DNA from: an uncultured Micavibrio sp.
Lineage (GTDB): Bacteria; Pseudomonadota; Alphaproteobacteria; Micavibrionales; Micavibrionaceae
Direction: 5' to 3'
NCBI GenBank assembly: GCA_964352665.1
Contig: CAYGSJ010000005.1
Location: 141-64,140 of the forward strand
DNA length: 64,000 nucleotides
Below the pieces are notes generated by a model, which was not told where the DNA came from, did no database searches, and saw only the letters and a list, made by a program, of their open reading frames with translations. Numbering within the stretch: the stretch's first letter is position 1; each line of letters starts with the position of its first letter. Made by a program: the position numbers and the translations under genes. Positions 26,396-36,172 of the stretch are shown in pieces.

Positions 26396-27025
26396 ATGAA
26401 AAGATTTCTTATATTAGCCGTGGCTGTGAGCGCAATTTCGTTTGCGACCCCTGTTATGGCGACAAAGCCTGCGCCGCCCGAATCATCGGATAGTGTTGAA
26501 CACTATTCATTTGATAAAGCACATACGCAAATTCTGTTTTTTGTCGATCATCTTGGTTTTTCAAAATCACAGGGTGAATTTCTTGAATATGACGGATTTT
26601 TCAATTTCGATCGTACCAATCCTGCCAATTCAAATGTTGAAGTAACCATACAAACAGCCAGTATTGATATGGATGATGAGAAATGGGACGAACATATGAA
26701 GAATGCTGATTTTTTTGATGTTGAAAAGTACCCGACCATGACCTTCAAAAGCACATCTATAGAAATGACTGGTGAAAAAACTGCAAATATTACCGGCGAC
26801 TTTACTTTGCTTGGCGTAACGAAGCCTGTGATTTTGTCAGTCACGCATAATAGGTCTGATCTTCATCCCTATGGTGGAAAATACGTAAGTGGGTTTTCTG
26901 CAACAACTACGATTAAAAGATCTGATTTCGGCATGAATTACGGTATTCCAGCCGTTGGCGACGAGGCCGAAATCCGTATTGAAGTTGAAGGTGTACGCGA
27001 CGATTCTACCGGTTTGAATGAATAG
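26396..27025 (+). CDS. Periplasmic YceI-family polyisoprenoid-binding protein
   Basis: Signal peptide plus YceI motifs (YSFDKAHTQILFFVDHLGFS, FDVEKYPTMTFKS, ITGDFTLLGVTKPV). AAGGAGA RBS. Confidence 0.85.
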   Translation: MKRFLILAVAVSAISFATPVMATKPAPPESSDSVEHYSFDKAHTQILFFVDHLGFSKSQGEFLEYDGFFNFDRTNPANSNVEVTIQTASIDMDDEKWDEHMKNADFFDVEKYPTMTFKSTSIEMTGEKTANITGDFTLLGVTKPVILSVTHNRSDLHPYGGKYVSGFSATTTIKRSDFGMNYGIPAVGDEAEIRIEVEGVRDDSTGLNE

Positions 27026-27044
27026 GAAAGATGGAAAGAAGGCT

Positions 27045-28274
27045 ATGTCACAGGATTTGAAACCGATTTCATATGCACTCTTTTCCAAATGTATACATTG
27101 GATAACAGCCCTGATTATTTTTGGGCTGTTATTTATTGGATTTTATATGGGCTCTATGGATTTCAGTGAAGATAAGCTTCAACTCTATGCATTGCATAAA
27201 TCATTTGGCCTTCTTGTCCTTTTACTTGTCAGTGTACGCGTAGTGTATCACTTTCTAAAACCCAAGCCCAAACCACTTGCAACCCATAAAAAATGGGAAA
27301 AATTTCTGTCCCATAATGCGCATATTCTTTTATATGCGCTGATGTTCGGCTTGCCGCTTACAGGATGGATCATGTCATCTGCCGGAGATTTTACAGTGCA
27401 GTTTTTTGGCATCGATGTGCCTGATGTAACGGTTAAAGACAAAAAAATGTTCAAGATTATGCGAGAGTTGCACGAAATTTTTGCATTCGTACTTATCGGC
27501 GTTGTCTCACTGCATATTGCAGGGGCACTTAAGCATCACTTTATCGATCGTGATGAAACGCTACGACGTATGGCGAGCAAGTCATTTGGATTTTTTGCAG
27601 GAGGTTTGTTGACGATTGTTCTGGCCGTTGTCTACCTGATGATTGGATATGTCATTATTGCCGAAGAACTCGAACAGGAATACGAATACGAGCAGGAATA
27701 CGAGTACGAGCAAGACCACCAAGAAGACTATAGTTTTGACAACGCAGCAATGATATCCGACGTCGCCGCATGGCAAGTTGATCTTGAGCAAAGTAAGGTG
27801 ACCTTCGAGGCTACGCAATACGGGCAGACCTTTGAAGGGCATTTCAAAATTGCGAGTGCCCGGGTGTTTTTTGATATGAACAGGCTGGACGAAAGTCATG
27901 TTTTTGTGGAAATTGATATTCCTTCAATCCAGACCGGAAGTGAAGATCGGGATGGTCAGGCAAAGTCAGATCAGTGGTTCGATGTCAAAGAATATCCTTA
28001 TGCAATGTTCGAGGCAGATCATTTCGAAAAAACTGGTGACCTCGCATTTACCGCGCAGGGAAATTTAACATTGCGCGGCATAACCTTGCCTTTAGAACTC
28101 CCGTTTTCTTTGAAATTTACAGAGCACGAAGATGGTATAACGTCGGCAGAAATGACGGCTGATATTACTTTGAACAGGCTAGACTTCGGCGTGGGACAGG
28201 GGCAATGGCAATCAACCGATGCTATTGGCGATGAAATCAGAACACATATAAAAGTTTTTGCTAAGGCTATGTAA
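27045..28274 (+). CDS. Cytochrome b561 fused to a C-terminal YceI domain
   Basis: The N-terminal half has a 4-helix b561 pattern with conserved His (CIHWITAL, LHKSFG, LHEIF..SLHIAGALKHHF). The C-terminal half is YceI-like (WQVDLEQSKVTFEATQ...FDVKEYPYAMFEA...GNLTLRGITLPL). An alternative ATG at 27018 overlaps the yceI stop. Confidence 0.8.
   Translation: MSQDLKPISYALFSKCIHWITALIIFGLLFIGFYMGSMDFSEDKLQLYALHKSFGLLVLLLVSVRVVYHFLKPKPKPLATHKKWEKFLSHNAHILLYALMFGLPLTGWIMSSAGDFTVQFFGIDVPDVTVKDKKMFKIMRELHEIFAFVLIGVVSLHIAGALKHHFIDRDETLRRMASKSFGFFAGGLLTIVLAVVYLMIGYVIIAEELEQEYEYEQEYEYEQDHQEDYSFDNAAMISDVAAWQVDLEQSKVTFEATQYGQTFEGHFKIASARVFFDMNRLDESHVFVEIDIPSIQTGSEDRDGQAKSDQWFDVKEYPYAMFEADHFEKTGDLAFTAQGNLTLRGITLPLELPFSLKFTEHEDGITSAEMTADITLNRLDFGVGQGQWQSTDAIGDEIRTHIKVFAKAM
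27672..27716 (+). repeat. 18-bp tandem repeat (about 2.5 units) encoding the (EQEYEY)n linker
   Basis: Units are gaacaggaatacgaatac, gagcaggaatacgagtac, and gagcaagac. The repeat lies between the b561 and YceI halves. Confidence 0.85.
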
Positions 28275-28364
28275 AACAGATGCTTTTTGCTATTCGTGTT
28301 TCTTTTTTCATAAATTTTAAGTCTTTGAGATTGAATATTTTTTGATCTACGCTAGACTGTTGTC

Positions 28365-29033
28365 ATGCGAATCTTATTTCACTTTTGGCTTAACCCTTTC
28401 TCGCGCAAGGTCAGACTGGCTCTGACTGAGAAGAAAATGGATTTTAAGCTGGAAATAGAAAAGACGTGGGAACGCCGAACAGAATTTCTTGCCATGAACC
28501 CAGCAGGGGATGTCCCTGTCCTTATTGAACAAGACGGCACCATTCTTTCAAACTCTCTTGTAATTTGCGAATATCTTGAAGAAGTTTATCCAGAGGTAAA
28601 CCTCATAGGCCGCGATCCTGTTCAACGCGCGGAGACAAGAAGACTAATCCATTGGTTTGATCGTAAGTTCAACAAGGAAGTTACAGAAAACCTCGTTGGT
28701 GAAAAATTGATGAAATCTTTCCTCAATATGGGGGAGCCGCATGGCCCATCGATCAGGGCTGGACGTGCAAATATTCATTACCATCTGGATTATATAGGAT
28801 TCCTGACGGAGAAAAGAGAATGGATCGCCGGTGATTATTTGTCGCTTGCAGATATTGCGGCGGCGGCGCATTTGTCTTCGATTGATTACATCGGGGATGT
28901 CCCGTGGGAACAGCACCCGGCAGCCAGAAAGTGGTATGAGAAAATTAAAAAACGTCCCGGATTTCAGGGACTTCTCGATGAGCGGGTTCCGGGTTTCGAT
29001 CCTGCAATGAATTACATGAAAACAGCATCATAG
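28365..29033 (+). CDS. Glutathione S-transferase
   Basis: Thioredoxin-like N-domain (NPAGDVPVL..DGTILSNSLVICEYLEE) and a helical C-domain. Confidence 0.85.
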   Translation: MRILFHFWLNPFSRKVRLALTEKKMDFKLEIEKTWERRTEFLAMNPAGDVPVLIEQDGTILSNSLVICEYLEEVYPEVNLIGRDPVQRAETRRLIHWFDRKFNKEVTENLVGEKLMKSFLNMGEPHGPSIRAGRANIHYHLDYIGFLTEKREWIAGDYLSLADIAAAAHLSSIDYIGDVPWEQHPAARKWYEKIKKRPGFQGLLDERVPGFDPAMNYMKTAS

Positions 29034-29046
29034 GACACATAAAAAG

Positions 29047-29958
29047 ATGAACGCATCGGAAAAGCATCTTTTTTGTTTTGGTCACGGCTATTGCTGTGAT
29101 TATGTTGGTTATGAATTACTCCAAAGGGGGGGATGGCGGGTCTCGGGAACCACGCGCGATCCTGAAAAAGTAAGAGAGTTGCGTGCACGTGGTGTCGGCG
29201 CACATCTTTTTGATGAAGAAAACCCCATCGCCGATCCGCTTTACATGTTGAAAGATGTAACTCACATTATTATATCAACGCCGCCATCCTCGGAAGGGGA
29301 TGTTACGTTCAACGTACACGCTCGCGATCTCTTGAGGCTCCCCAATCTTAAATGGGTTGGATATTTGTCAACGACGAGCCCGTATGGTGACAAGCAGGGA
29401 CAATGGGTGGATGAAAATTCCGATGCCAATCCCACAACGAGACGTGGTGTACGTCGTCTTAGTGTCGAACAAGACTGGCTTTCTCTTTATGACGCTCATG
29501 GACTTCCTGTGCATATTTTCAGACTGGCCGGCATTTATGGTCCGGGTCGCAGTGCACTTGATTCTGTACGTTCCGGTATTGCCCGCCGCATTGAAAAACC
29601 CGGTCATGCCTTCAATCGCATTCATGTTGAAGATCTGGCACAAACACTGATTGCCTCTATGCTCGATCCACATCCAGGTGAAATCTATAATGTCTGTGAT
29701 GATGTGGCAGCGCCAAGTCACGAGGTTATCGATTACGCGTGTCAGCTTCTAGACATGCCTTCTCCTGCTTTAATTCCTTTCGAAAAGGCAGACCTTGCAC
29801 CAATTACGTTGAGTTTCTATGAAGATAATAAGCGCGTCAGTAATGATAAAATCAAAAGAGATTTAGGCGTAAAGCTCCGTTATGAAGATTATAGGCAAGG
29901 ACTTAAAGGATGCCTTGATGCCGAAGTTTACGCACAGAGTCGCGGCTTACAAGCCTAG
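29047..29958 (+). CDS. NAD(P)-dependent epimerase/dehydratase-like SDR family protein
   Basis: 303 aa with extended-SDR-like layout (LFCFGHGYCCDYV; SVYG-like STTSPYGD; IFRLAGIYGPGR). The glycine motif is degenerate. Confidence 0.65.
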   Translation: MNASEKHLFCFGHGYCCDYVGYELLQRGGWRVSGTTRDPEKVRELRARGVGAHLFDEENPIADPLYMLKDVTHIIISTPPSSEGDVTFNVHARDLLRLPNLKWVGYLSTTSPYGDKQGQWVDENSDANPTTRRGVRRLSVEQDWLSLYDAHGLPVHIFRLAGIYGPGRSALDSVRSGIARRIEKPGHAFNRIHVEDLAQTLIASMLDPHPGEIYNVCDDVAAPSHEVIDYACQLLDMPSPALIPFEKADLAPITLSFYEDNKRVSNDKIKRDLGVKLRYEDYRQGLKGCLDAEVYAQSRGLQA

Positions 29959-30572
29959 GATGGTGACACAATCATCGATAATGATGAAAGTAAGGCGAGT
30001 GCTGCCAATACATTAAAAATTCTGATTTTCTTTGGATTGTTCAAAATCATTTTTATTTTCGTTCCGAGATAAGCCCATAAGCTTATGGCCGGTAACATGA
30101 CTGCAGAAAATACAGCAGCGATTATTACGATGTCCCACAAGGAATACGGTGAGGGGGCATAGCTTCCAATCGCAGCGAGGATCATCATCCAGGCTTTTGG
30201 ATTGGCGATCTGGAAGAAGAGAGCCTGGACATATGACATAGGGTGCGCTTTTGGTGCGGTATGACCGGATTTTTTTTCTTCCGGCAAAGGAGCGGCTGTT
30301 GCAATTTTCCAAGCGAGATAGATCAGGAACACCATACTGATAATTTTTAGGACGATGCCTGTTATAGGAAAAAGAGTAAAAATCTGGGCTAGTCCCATGC
30401 CTACCAGAACCACCATGAGACCGAACCCACTACAAATGCCTATTATATGAGGAATTGTACGGACAAACCCAAAATTTAGGCCAGAGGCAAGCAACATCAG
30501 GTTATTAGGGCCTGGTGTGATTGAGGCAACTAAAGCAAATGTTATTAATGCGGTTATCAGTTCGAATGTCAT
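29955..30572 (-). CDS. LysE/RhtB-family amino-acid exporter
   Basis: 205 aa, 6 TM helices, PGPNNLML motif. Divergent from an Lrp/AsnC regulator gene. Confidence 0.85.
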   Translation of the reverse strand: MTFELITALITFALVASITPGPNNLMLLASGLNFGFVRTIPHIIGICSGFGLMVVLVGMGLAQIFTLFPITGIVLKIISMVFLIYLAWKIATAAPLPEEKKSGHTAPKAHPMSYVQALFFQIANPKAWMMILAAIGSYAPSPYSLWDIVIIAAVFSAVMLPAISLWAYLGTKIKMILNNPKKIRIFNVLAALALLSSLSMIVSPS

Positions 30573-30648
30573 AATAACTGTATTATATTGCAGTTATATG
30601 ATCAATTTCTTTGCTTTCTTCTGCATTCTACCCTATATTATGCAATAA

Positions 30649-31101
30649 ATGACGAATTTGGATAGAATAAATAGAAATATATTGCATAACTTGGAAAAGG
30701 ACGGCCGAATCAGCAATACAGAATTAGCTGATCGGGTGGGTCTTTCACCATCTGCTTGCCTGCGCCGAGTGCAGGAGCTTGAAAGACAGGGGGTTATCAC
30801 CGGATACCGCGCTGTTGTTAATCCATCGGCGTTAGGTATTGGTATTAAGGCATATATTACTGTTGGTCTTTCCCAGCACCGTAAAGAGGATCAAAAAAAC
30901 TTTGAAATGGCAATGAACAGGGCACCAGAGGTTCGGGAATGCCATAACATTACAGGATCGGTAGAGTACATGTTGCGTGTTGAGGTGTCAGATCTTGAGG
31001 CGTATAAAAATTTTCATACCGAAGTTTTAGGCGTTGTCCCTAAAGTACACAGCATTACATCCCATATTGTGATGGAAACATCCAAGGATATGAGAGCTTA
31101 G
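30649..31101 (+). CDS. Lrp/AsnC-family transcriptional regulator
   Basis: HTH (LDRINRNILHNLEKDGRISNTELADRVGLSPSACLRRVQELE) plus a RAM/AsnC_trans_reg domain. Confidence 0.9.
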   Translation: MTNLDRINRNILHNLEKDGRISNTELADRVGLSPSACLRRVQELERQGVITGYRAVVNPSALGIGIKAYITVGLSQHRKEDQKNFEMAMNRAPEVRECHNITGSVEYMLRVEVSDLEAYKNFHTEVLGVVPKVHSITSHIVMETSKDMRA

Positions 31102-33050
31102 TCTATTCTTTGTGCATCATAGGGAAGGCGTACAGTTGCTGTTGTACCTGAATCCATCGTTGATTCAATAAACAAGACACCGTTATGCAATTCGATAAGT
31201 TTTTTGGTAATAGAGAGCCCTAGCCCTGTACCTTCATGATCTCGCGTGTACTCGGAAGAAACTTGTTCGAACGGTCTTAAAACCGAAGCCAGCTTGTTTG
31301 GAGGAATACCGATACCGTTATCGCAGACTTTGATTGAAAGATAGGATTCTCTCTTATAACACTCGACCCAGACTGTACCGTTTTCAGGTGTGAATTTGAC
31401 AGCATTGGAAAGTAAATTCAGCATAATTTGTGTGAGAGCACGCCTGTCGCCGATAATATCTATTTCCGCGTTTTCAACATTTGCAGTTTCCAGTGTAATA
31501 TTTTTCTCTTGTGCGCGGCCCGAAACCATATGACTTGCCCGATCAATAATGTCTTGAACATGAACTTCCCCAAGATCGAGGCTGTGCTTTCCTGCCTCAA
31601 TTTTTGACATATCCAGAATGTCGCTGATCAGATCAAGGAGGTGACGTCCACTGTCTTTAATGCTGGTTGCGTACTCGACATATTTATTGTTATCGATAGG
31701 GCCAAGCATTTCTGATTCTATCATTTCTGAAAACCCGATGATGGCATTCAGTGGTGTTCGAAGCTCATGACTCATATTGGCAAGGAATCTAGTTTTGGCA
31801 GCGTATGCCTGTTCCGAAGCATCGCGCGCCTGACGCAGTTCCTGTTCATACAGCATGCGTTCCGTCATATCCTGCATAATGCCGTAAAGTGCGATGACCT
31901 CACCACTTTCATCCTTTTCACAGCGGCCTTCCAGCATAATAAAGCGTACATCACCACCCGGGCGAATGATGCGAAACTCCATGTCATAGTTTTTTTCTTC
32001 GATAATCGCACGTTGGAATACCTGAACCACGCGGCCCAAATCCCGTTTATGAACGAGTTCCGTCAATGTATGGATAGAGGGCTCGAATTGATTCTGATCG
32101 ACGCCGAAAATTCTGAAAATTTCTTCCGACCATGAAATATGATCTTCCCCGATAAGCCACTGCCAGTGACCCATGCGGCCGATTGCCTCGGCTTCTGAAA
32201 GCTGCCTTTGACGTCTATTCAGGTTTTGCTGCTGCTTTTTTATTCCTGTTATGTCCTGACCGGAAATATAGATTTTGCCATGGGCATATTTCTTCTTCCA
32301 CTTCACCCATCGGGCCTGTCCGTCACTGGTTATAAGACGCGCTTCAAAGCGGGCTGTGCTATTTTGTCCGTGGGATTGATCCTGAATAAGGCCGAGCATG
32401 GTACTGCGCACGGCATGCTTATCTTCCTCGTAAAAGAATTCTGTGAAGGTCTCGTATTTTACTTTGCCTGCATCATAACCATAAGTATTTAGAAACGTAT
32501 CATTGGCAGTAATAATTTTTCCTTCTTCGTCGGTAATGATCATGATGTCATTGGTCAGGGATACAAACTCTGCGAAATCGTCCGTCGTCGGATTCATATC
32601 GATGATGTTATCGTTTTTTCTATGAAGTCTTGCAGTAGAGCGTTGTATTTCATGCATCAGAACATCAAGCTCGTCCTGAAGATTTATGCTGGTTCCATCC
32701 GATGCGGCAGAAGCGATAAGATATTTTTTGTTCTCATGGCCGGTCAACCAGTCAAACTGGAACTCGGTCAGAATAGGATTACCCTTGATGTGTACGTCAT
32801 GACTTCCTGATTCCAGCGAGGAAATATCATCTTCGTCATTTAGAATGTCCTCGGAAAACATAAAGACATCATGAACATAATTTTTGTCTTCAGCAGCCAG
32901 ATCGCACAGCTGATAAAAGGCATCCGTTGCATAAACAATTTCACCATGTTGATCAATAGCACAGCGCGCGGCCTCTGACTGTGTTAAGGCAAAGGGCGTT
33001 TCGGGTGTTTCAATATTTATTCTGTTTCTTATGGACATAAGGTGAATCAA
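31098..33050 (-). CDS. Cytoplasmic PAS-domain sensor histidine kinase, PleC/DivJ (PdhS)-like
   Basis: No TM segments. Tandem PAS regions. H-box FLANMSHELRTPLNAIIGFSEMI; N, G1 and G2 boxes (LLSNAVKFT, DNGIGI, GTGLGLSI). No adjacent response regulator. Confidence 0.85.
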   Translation of the reverse strand: MIHLMSIRNRINIETPETPFALTQSEAARCAIDQHGEIVYATDAFYQLCDLAAEDKNYVHDVFMFSEDILNDEDDISSLESGSHDVHIKGNPILTEFQFDWLTGHENKKYLIASAASDGTSINLQDELDVLMHEIQRSTARLHRKNDNIIDMNPTTDDFAEFVSLTNDIMIITDEEGKIITANDTFLNTYGYDAGKVKYETFTEFFYEEDKHAVRSTMLGLIQDQSHGQNSTARFEARLITSDGQARWVKWKKKYAHGKIYISGQDITGIKKQQQNLNRRQRQLSEAEAIGRMGHWQWLIGEDHISWSEEIFRIFGVDQNQFEPSIHTLTELVHKRDLGRVVQVFQRAIIEEKNYDMEFRIIRPGGDVRFIMLEGRCEKDESGEVIALYGIMQDMTERMLYEQELRQARDASEQAYAAKTRFLANMSHELRTPLNAIIGFSEMIESEMLGPIDNNKYVEYATSIKDSGRHLLDLISDILDMSKIEAGKHSLDLGEVHVQDIIDRASHMVSGRAQEKNITLETANVENAEIDIIGDRRALTQIMLNLLSNAVKFTPENGTVWVECYKRESYLSIKVCDNGIGIPPNKLASVLRPFEQVSSEYTRDHEGTGLGLSITKKLIELHNGVLFIESTMDSGTTATVRLPYDAQRID

Positions 33051-33110
33051 AGAGTTTCGACCCCCTATGATACGCGAAAAGCCGTGATTCTGACAAGTCT
33101 TTAATTTCGT

Positions 33111-33141
33111 AAAAAAAGAGCCGTAATATTTCTAATACGGC
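33111..33141 (-). terminator. Rho-independent terminator after the redoxin gene
   Basis: Minus strand reads gccgta-ttagaaatat-tacggc followed by tcttttttt. Confidence 0.6.
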
Positions 33142-33171
33142 CCTTTTCGCTATGTATCTTTATTGAACTGA

Positions 33172-33795
33172 CTAATATTTCACAGAGCATCCATAAGGAG
33201 CTGTGCGTGATACTTCGACCGGACGCCCTTCAGAAAGATCTGAAAGAGCCGCCAATACGAGATTTTTTGACCCTTCAACCGCTTCGGGACTTGGGCTTGG
33301 GTTATCGTCAATCGCGCCGTCGTAAACAACATTTCCTTCTGGTGAAATCACAAACATATGTGGCGTTGTTTTTGCTTCATACATTTTCCCGATGGTACCG
33401 GATGGATCAAGAATGCGCGTGGTCGCGTGTGCCCCGGCTTCTTCTTCGATCTTCATGGCCTCTTCCGGAGTTACGTAACCTTGATTACCTTCTGCAGAAG
33501 AAACAATCGAAACCCAAACAACGCCGTTATCTGTTGCGGCTTTCTGTGTGTTCTGCATGTTATTGGTTGAATAATGTTTCATAACAAAAGGACATTGATG
33601 ATTTGTCCATTCCAACACAACGGTTTTTCCTTTTTGATCGGCGAGATCAAACGGGTTGCCGTGTATATCTGTTGCCGAGAATTCTGGCGCAGGTCCGCCA
33701 ATCTCCACCGAGGCCTTCACTGGGAATGCACCCCACCCGAAAGCCATAGACACAAGCACAGCAGCCAGCGTCGAGTAAATTATTTTTTTGAACAT
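33172..33795 (-). CDS. Periplasmic thioredoxin-fold (redoxin/AhpC-TSA-like) protein
   Basis: ATG at 33795 with a GGAGA RBS. Signal peptide, then GKTVVLEWTNHQCPFVMKHY. Confidence 0.75.
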   Translation of the reverse strand: MFKKIIYSTLAAVLVSMAFGWGAFPVKASVEIGGPAPEFSATDIHGNPFDLADQKGKTVVLEWTNHQCPFVMKHYSTNNMQNTQKAATDNGVVWVSIVSSAEGNQGYVTPEEAMKIEEEAGAHATTRILDPSGTIGKMYEAKTTPHMFVISPEGNVVYDGAIDDNPSPSPEAVEGSKNLVLAALSDLSEGRPVEVSRTAPYGCSVKY

Positions 33796-33844
33796 GGGTT
33801 TTCTCCATAGTTTAGGTTTGGGTTTCAATTTAAACTCGTAACAC

Positions 33845-36004
33845 TCACTTTACAACTTCTTGTACGCTTGAGGGTGACAAAACCTGCGGTAAAACGATTG
33901 GATCCGGTCTTTTACCTGTGGCTTTGTTCCGTGGACCATAATAAACGTAGAGCGGAACCCCGTTGCGACCAAATTTATCGAGATATTTTGTAATCTCATC
34001 ATCGTAATTCGTCCAATCACCAATAAGGTAACGAATATTTTTTTCTGCGAATAATTTTTTTGTGGAATTGGAGTTAATGGCAAGAGCGTGATTGAGTTTG
34101 CAGGTGATACACCAAGCGGCGGTCATTTCAACAAATAACGGTTCATCACCTTTCAGAAATGCAGAGAGTTTCTCTTCGGAGAAAGATTCACCAAACATAT
34201 AGCTCTTATCCATCGAGGCGACTATCTGCTCTGTACTCTTGATGTATGACAAGCTGAGAAAAGGCAAAAACAAAGCAAGAATGAAAAGCGTACGTACAAT
34301 AAAGCGCGCGGTGCCTTCATTTCTAAAATGAGAAAGCCATACGCAAAATGCTATGGCGAGCATGCCTAGTAGGACGAGTAACACACCGTAAGATCCGGAT
34401 TGTTCGCTTAAAACCCAAACCAGCCAAATCGAAGAGGCAAAAATTGGAAAAGCAAGAAATTGTTTGAATTTATCCATCCATGCGCCGGGTCTTGGCAGAA
34501 CTTTTCTTAATGCGGGCACATAAGATAAAACGAGATAAGGCAAGGCCAGACCAAACCCAAGTGCTGCAAAGACGCTCATACTAATAAGGGTGGGTTGGGT
34601 TACAGCATATCCCATGGCAGTGCCCATAAAGGGAGCAGTGCAGGGCGTTGCAACAATCGTGGCCAGCATACCGGTAAAGAAAGAGCCGCTCAGAGAACTA
34701 CCTTGTGTAAGCTTATTGCCAACATTGCCCAGGCCCGATCCGAATTCGAAAAAGCCGATCAAATTTAAACCAATGAGGAAAAGCAAATATGCCAACAAAG
34801 CGACAATCATAGGGTTTTGAAGTTGGAATCCCCAACCAACCGCCGATCCGGCTTCCTTTAAAACTATAAGAACGCCGCCAATGGCAAGAAAGCTTAAAAT
34901 AACGCCAAATGTATAGGCAAGTCCGTGTCTTCTAGCCAAAGCCTTTTCTTTGTCATTCATTTTAACAAGGCTTAGCGCTTTCATGGAGAGCACAGGAAAA
35001 ACGCAAGGCATGAGGTTTAGGATCAGACCCCCGATTAATGCTAGATAAAGCGCGCCAAACCAACTGATTTCATTAGATTTTTGTGCATTAACTTGCTCCA
35101 GTTTGTCTTGTTGGTTATTCGGATTAACAACAACATTTTTTGCATCGGTATCTTGTTTAACTTCCAGAGAGAAGCCTTTGTTCTGTCCTTGTGCGCCTTT
35201 AATGACCAAAAGGCCGCGAAGTGATTTTTTATCAGAAAGAGGTTGGTCGCCACGTTCATGCGCGATAGTCACAACACCGTCTGCCAGCGTCACATCGGGT
35301 ATGGCCACATGATTTATAATGCCCCATTCCACGGGAAAAAATTCTATATTTTCAGCCGTCGCATCGTTAAGTACAGCCATATCTTCAGGCTTTAGGGAGA
35401 GAACGAGCTTGTTATCGGCTTCAGAGAAGCTAAATATACCATTTGCTTTCGGGGCAAGCCTGTCACGTGCAGCTGTTATAAAGTCGGTATTGTCCTCAGC
35501 CAGATTTTCAGGGTGATTTAAGTCCAATGTCACTGTGCTGGATTCAGGAATACAAATATCATTACACACCAGCATATCCACTTTTGCCTCCAAAGGGATT
35601 GAACCTTCGGGCAAAGTGTCGGGTACCTTCAACTTTTGAAGTAAAACAACCTCATTGTAATAACCGTAATTCGCGAGAATATCGTAAGAAATCTTATCAG
35701 GCGTTGGCCATTCTATGGCACTAATTTCAAATCCGTCCGGCATTTTCCAGTTAATCTTGACTGGAAGTCCTGAATCTCCAGGGTTTTCCCAGTAAACATG
35801 CCAATGCGGGGCCAATTTTATGTGGGTTGCAATTGTAATCTCATCGGCAGGCCTGAGTGCTGTTTTTTCCCCTAAAATAGAGACTTCTGTGTAACGCTCC
35901 AGTTCCTCCTCTGCATGGGCTTGCGTCAATGTAGCGAATGACAACAATATAATGAGGGCTACAAGCAAACTGGTCTGTGAAAATCTGGAATAAGCGGCAA
36001 TCAA
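33845..36004 (-). CDS. Thiol:disulfide interchange protein, DsbD/ScsB-like
   Basis: 719 aa. N-terminal DsbD-alpha/ScsB-like periplasmic domain (HWHVYWENPGDSGLP), a CcdA-type TM core (LNLMPCVFPVL, ATPCTAPFMG), and a C-terminal thioredoxin domain (AAWCITCK). Confidence 0.85.
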   Translation of the reverse strand: MIAAYSRFSQTSLLVALIILLSFATLTQAHAEEELERYTEVSILGEKTALRPADEITIATHIKLAPHWHVYWENPGDSGLPVKINWKMPDGFEISAIEWPTPDKISYDILANYGYYNEVVLLQKLKVPDTLPEGSIPLEAKVDMLVCNDICIPESSTVTLDLNHPENLAEDNTDFITAARDRLAPKANGIFSFSEADNKLVLSLKPEDMAVLNDATAENIEFFPVEWGIINHVAIPDVTLADGVVTIAHERGDQPLSDKKSLRGLLVIKGAQGQNKGFSLEVKQDTDAKNVVVNPNNQQDKLEQVNAQKSNEISWFGALYLALIGGLILNLMPCVFPVLSMKALSLVKMNDKEKALARRHGLAYTFGVILSFLAIGGVLIVLKEAGSAVGWGFQLQNPMIVALLAYLLFLIGLNLIGFFEFGSGLGNVGNKLTQGSSLSGSFFTGMLATIVATPCTAPFMGTAMGYAVTQPTLISMSVFAALGFGLALPYLVLSYVPALRKVLPRPGAWMDKFKQFLAFPIFASSIWLVWVLSEQSGSYGVLLVLLGMLAIAFCVWLSHFRNEGTARFIVRTLFILALFLPFLSLSYIKSTEQIVASMDKSYMFGESFSEEKLSAFLKGDEPLFVEMTAAWCITCKLNHALAINSNSTKKLFAEKNIRYLIGDWTNYDDEITKYLDKFGRNGVPLYVYYGPRNKATGKRPDPIVLPQVLSPSSVQEVVK

Positions 36005-36172
36005 GAGAGACTCCTATTTATTTTTAGGGGGCCTCATCCTTAATCGAATCACCCCCAGAATTTATAGCGCATTTTAACAAGCAACTTAACAGTTATTCGT
36101 TACGTCTTGCTTTTCGTTACAGGATTGCAGACAATGTTGAGTAATTTTCAAAAGTCAAAACGGGGCATCATT

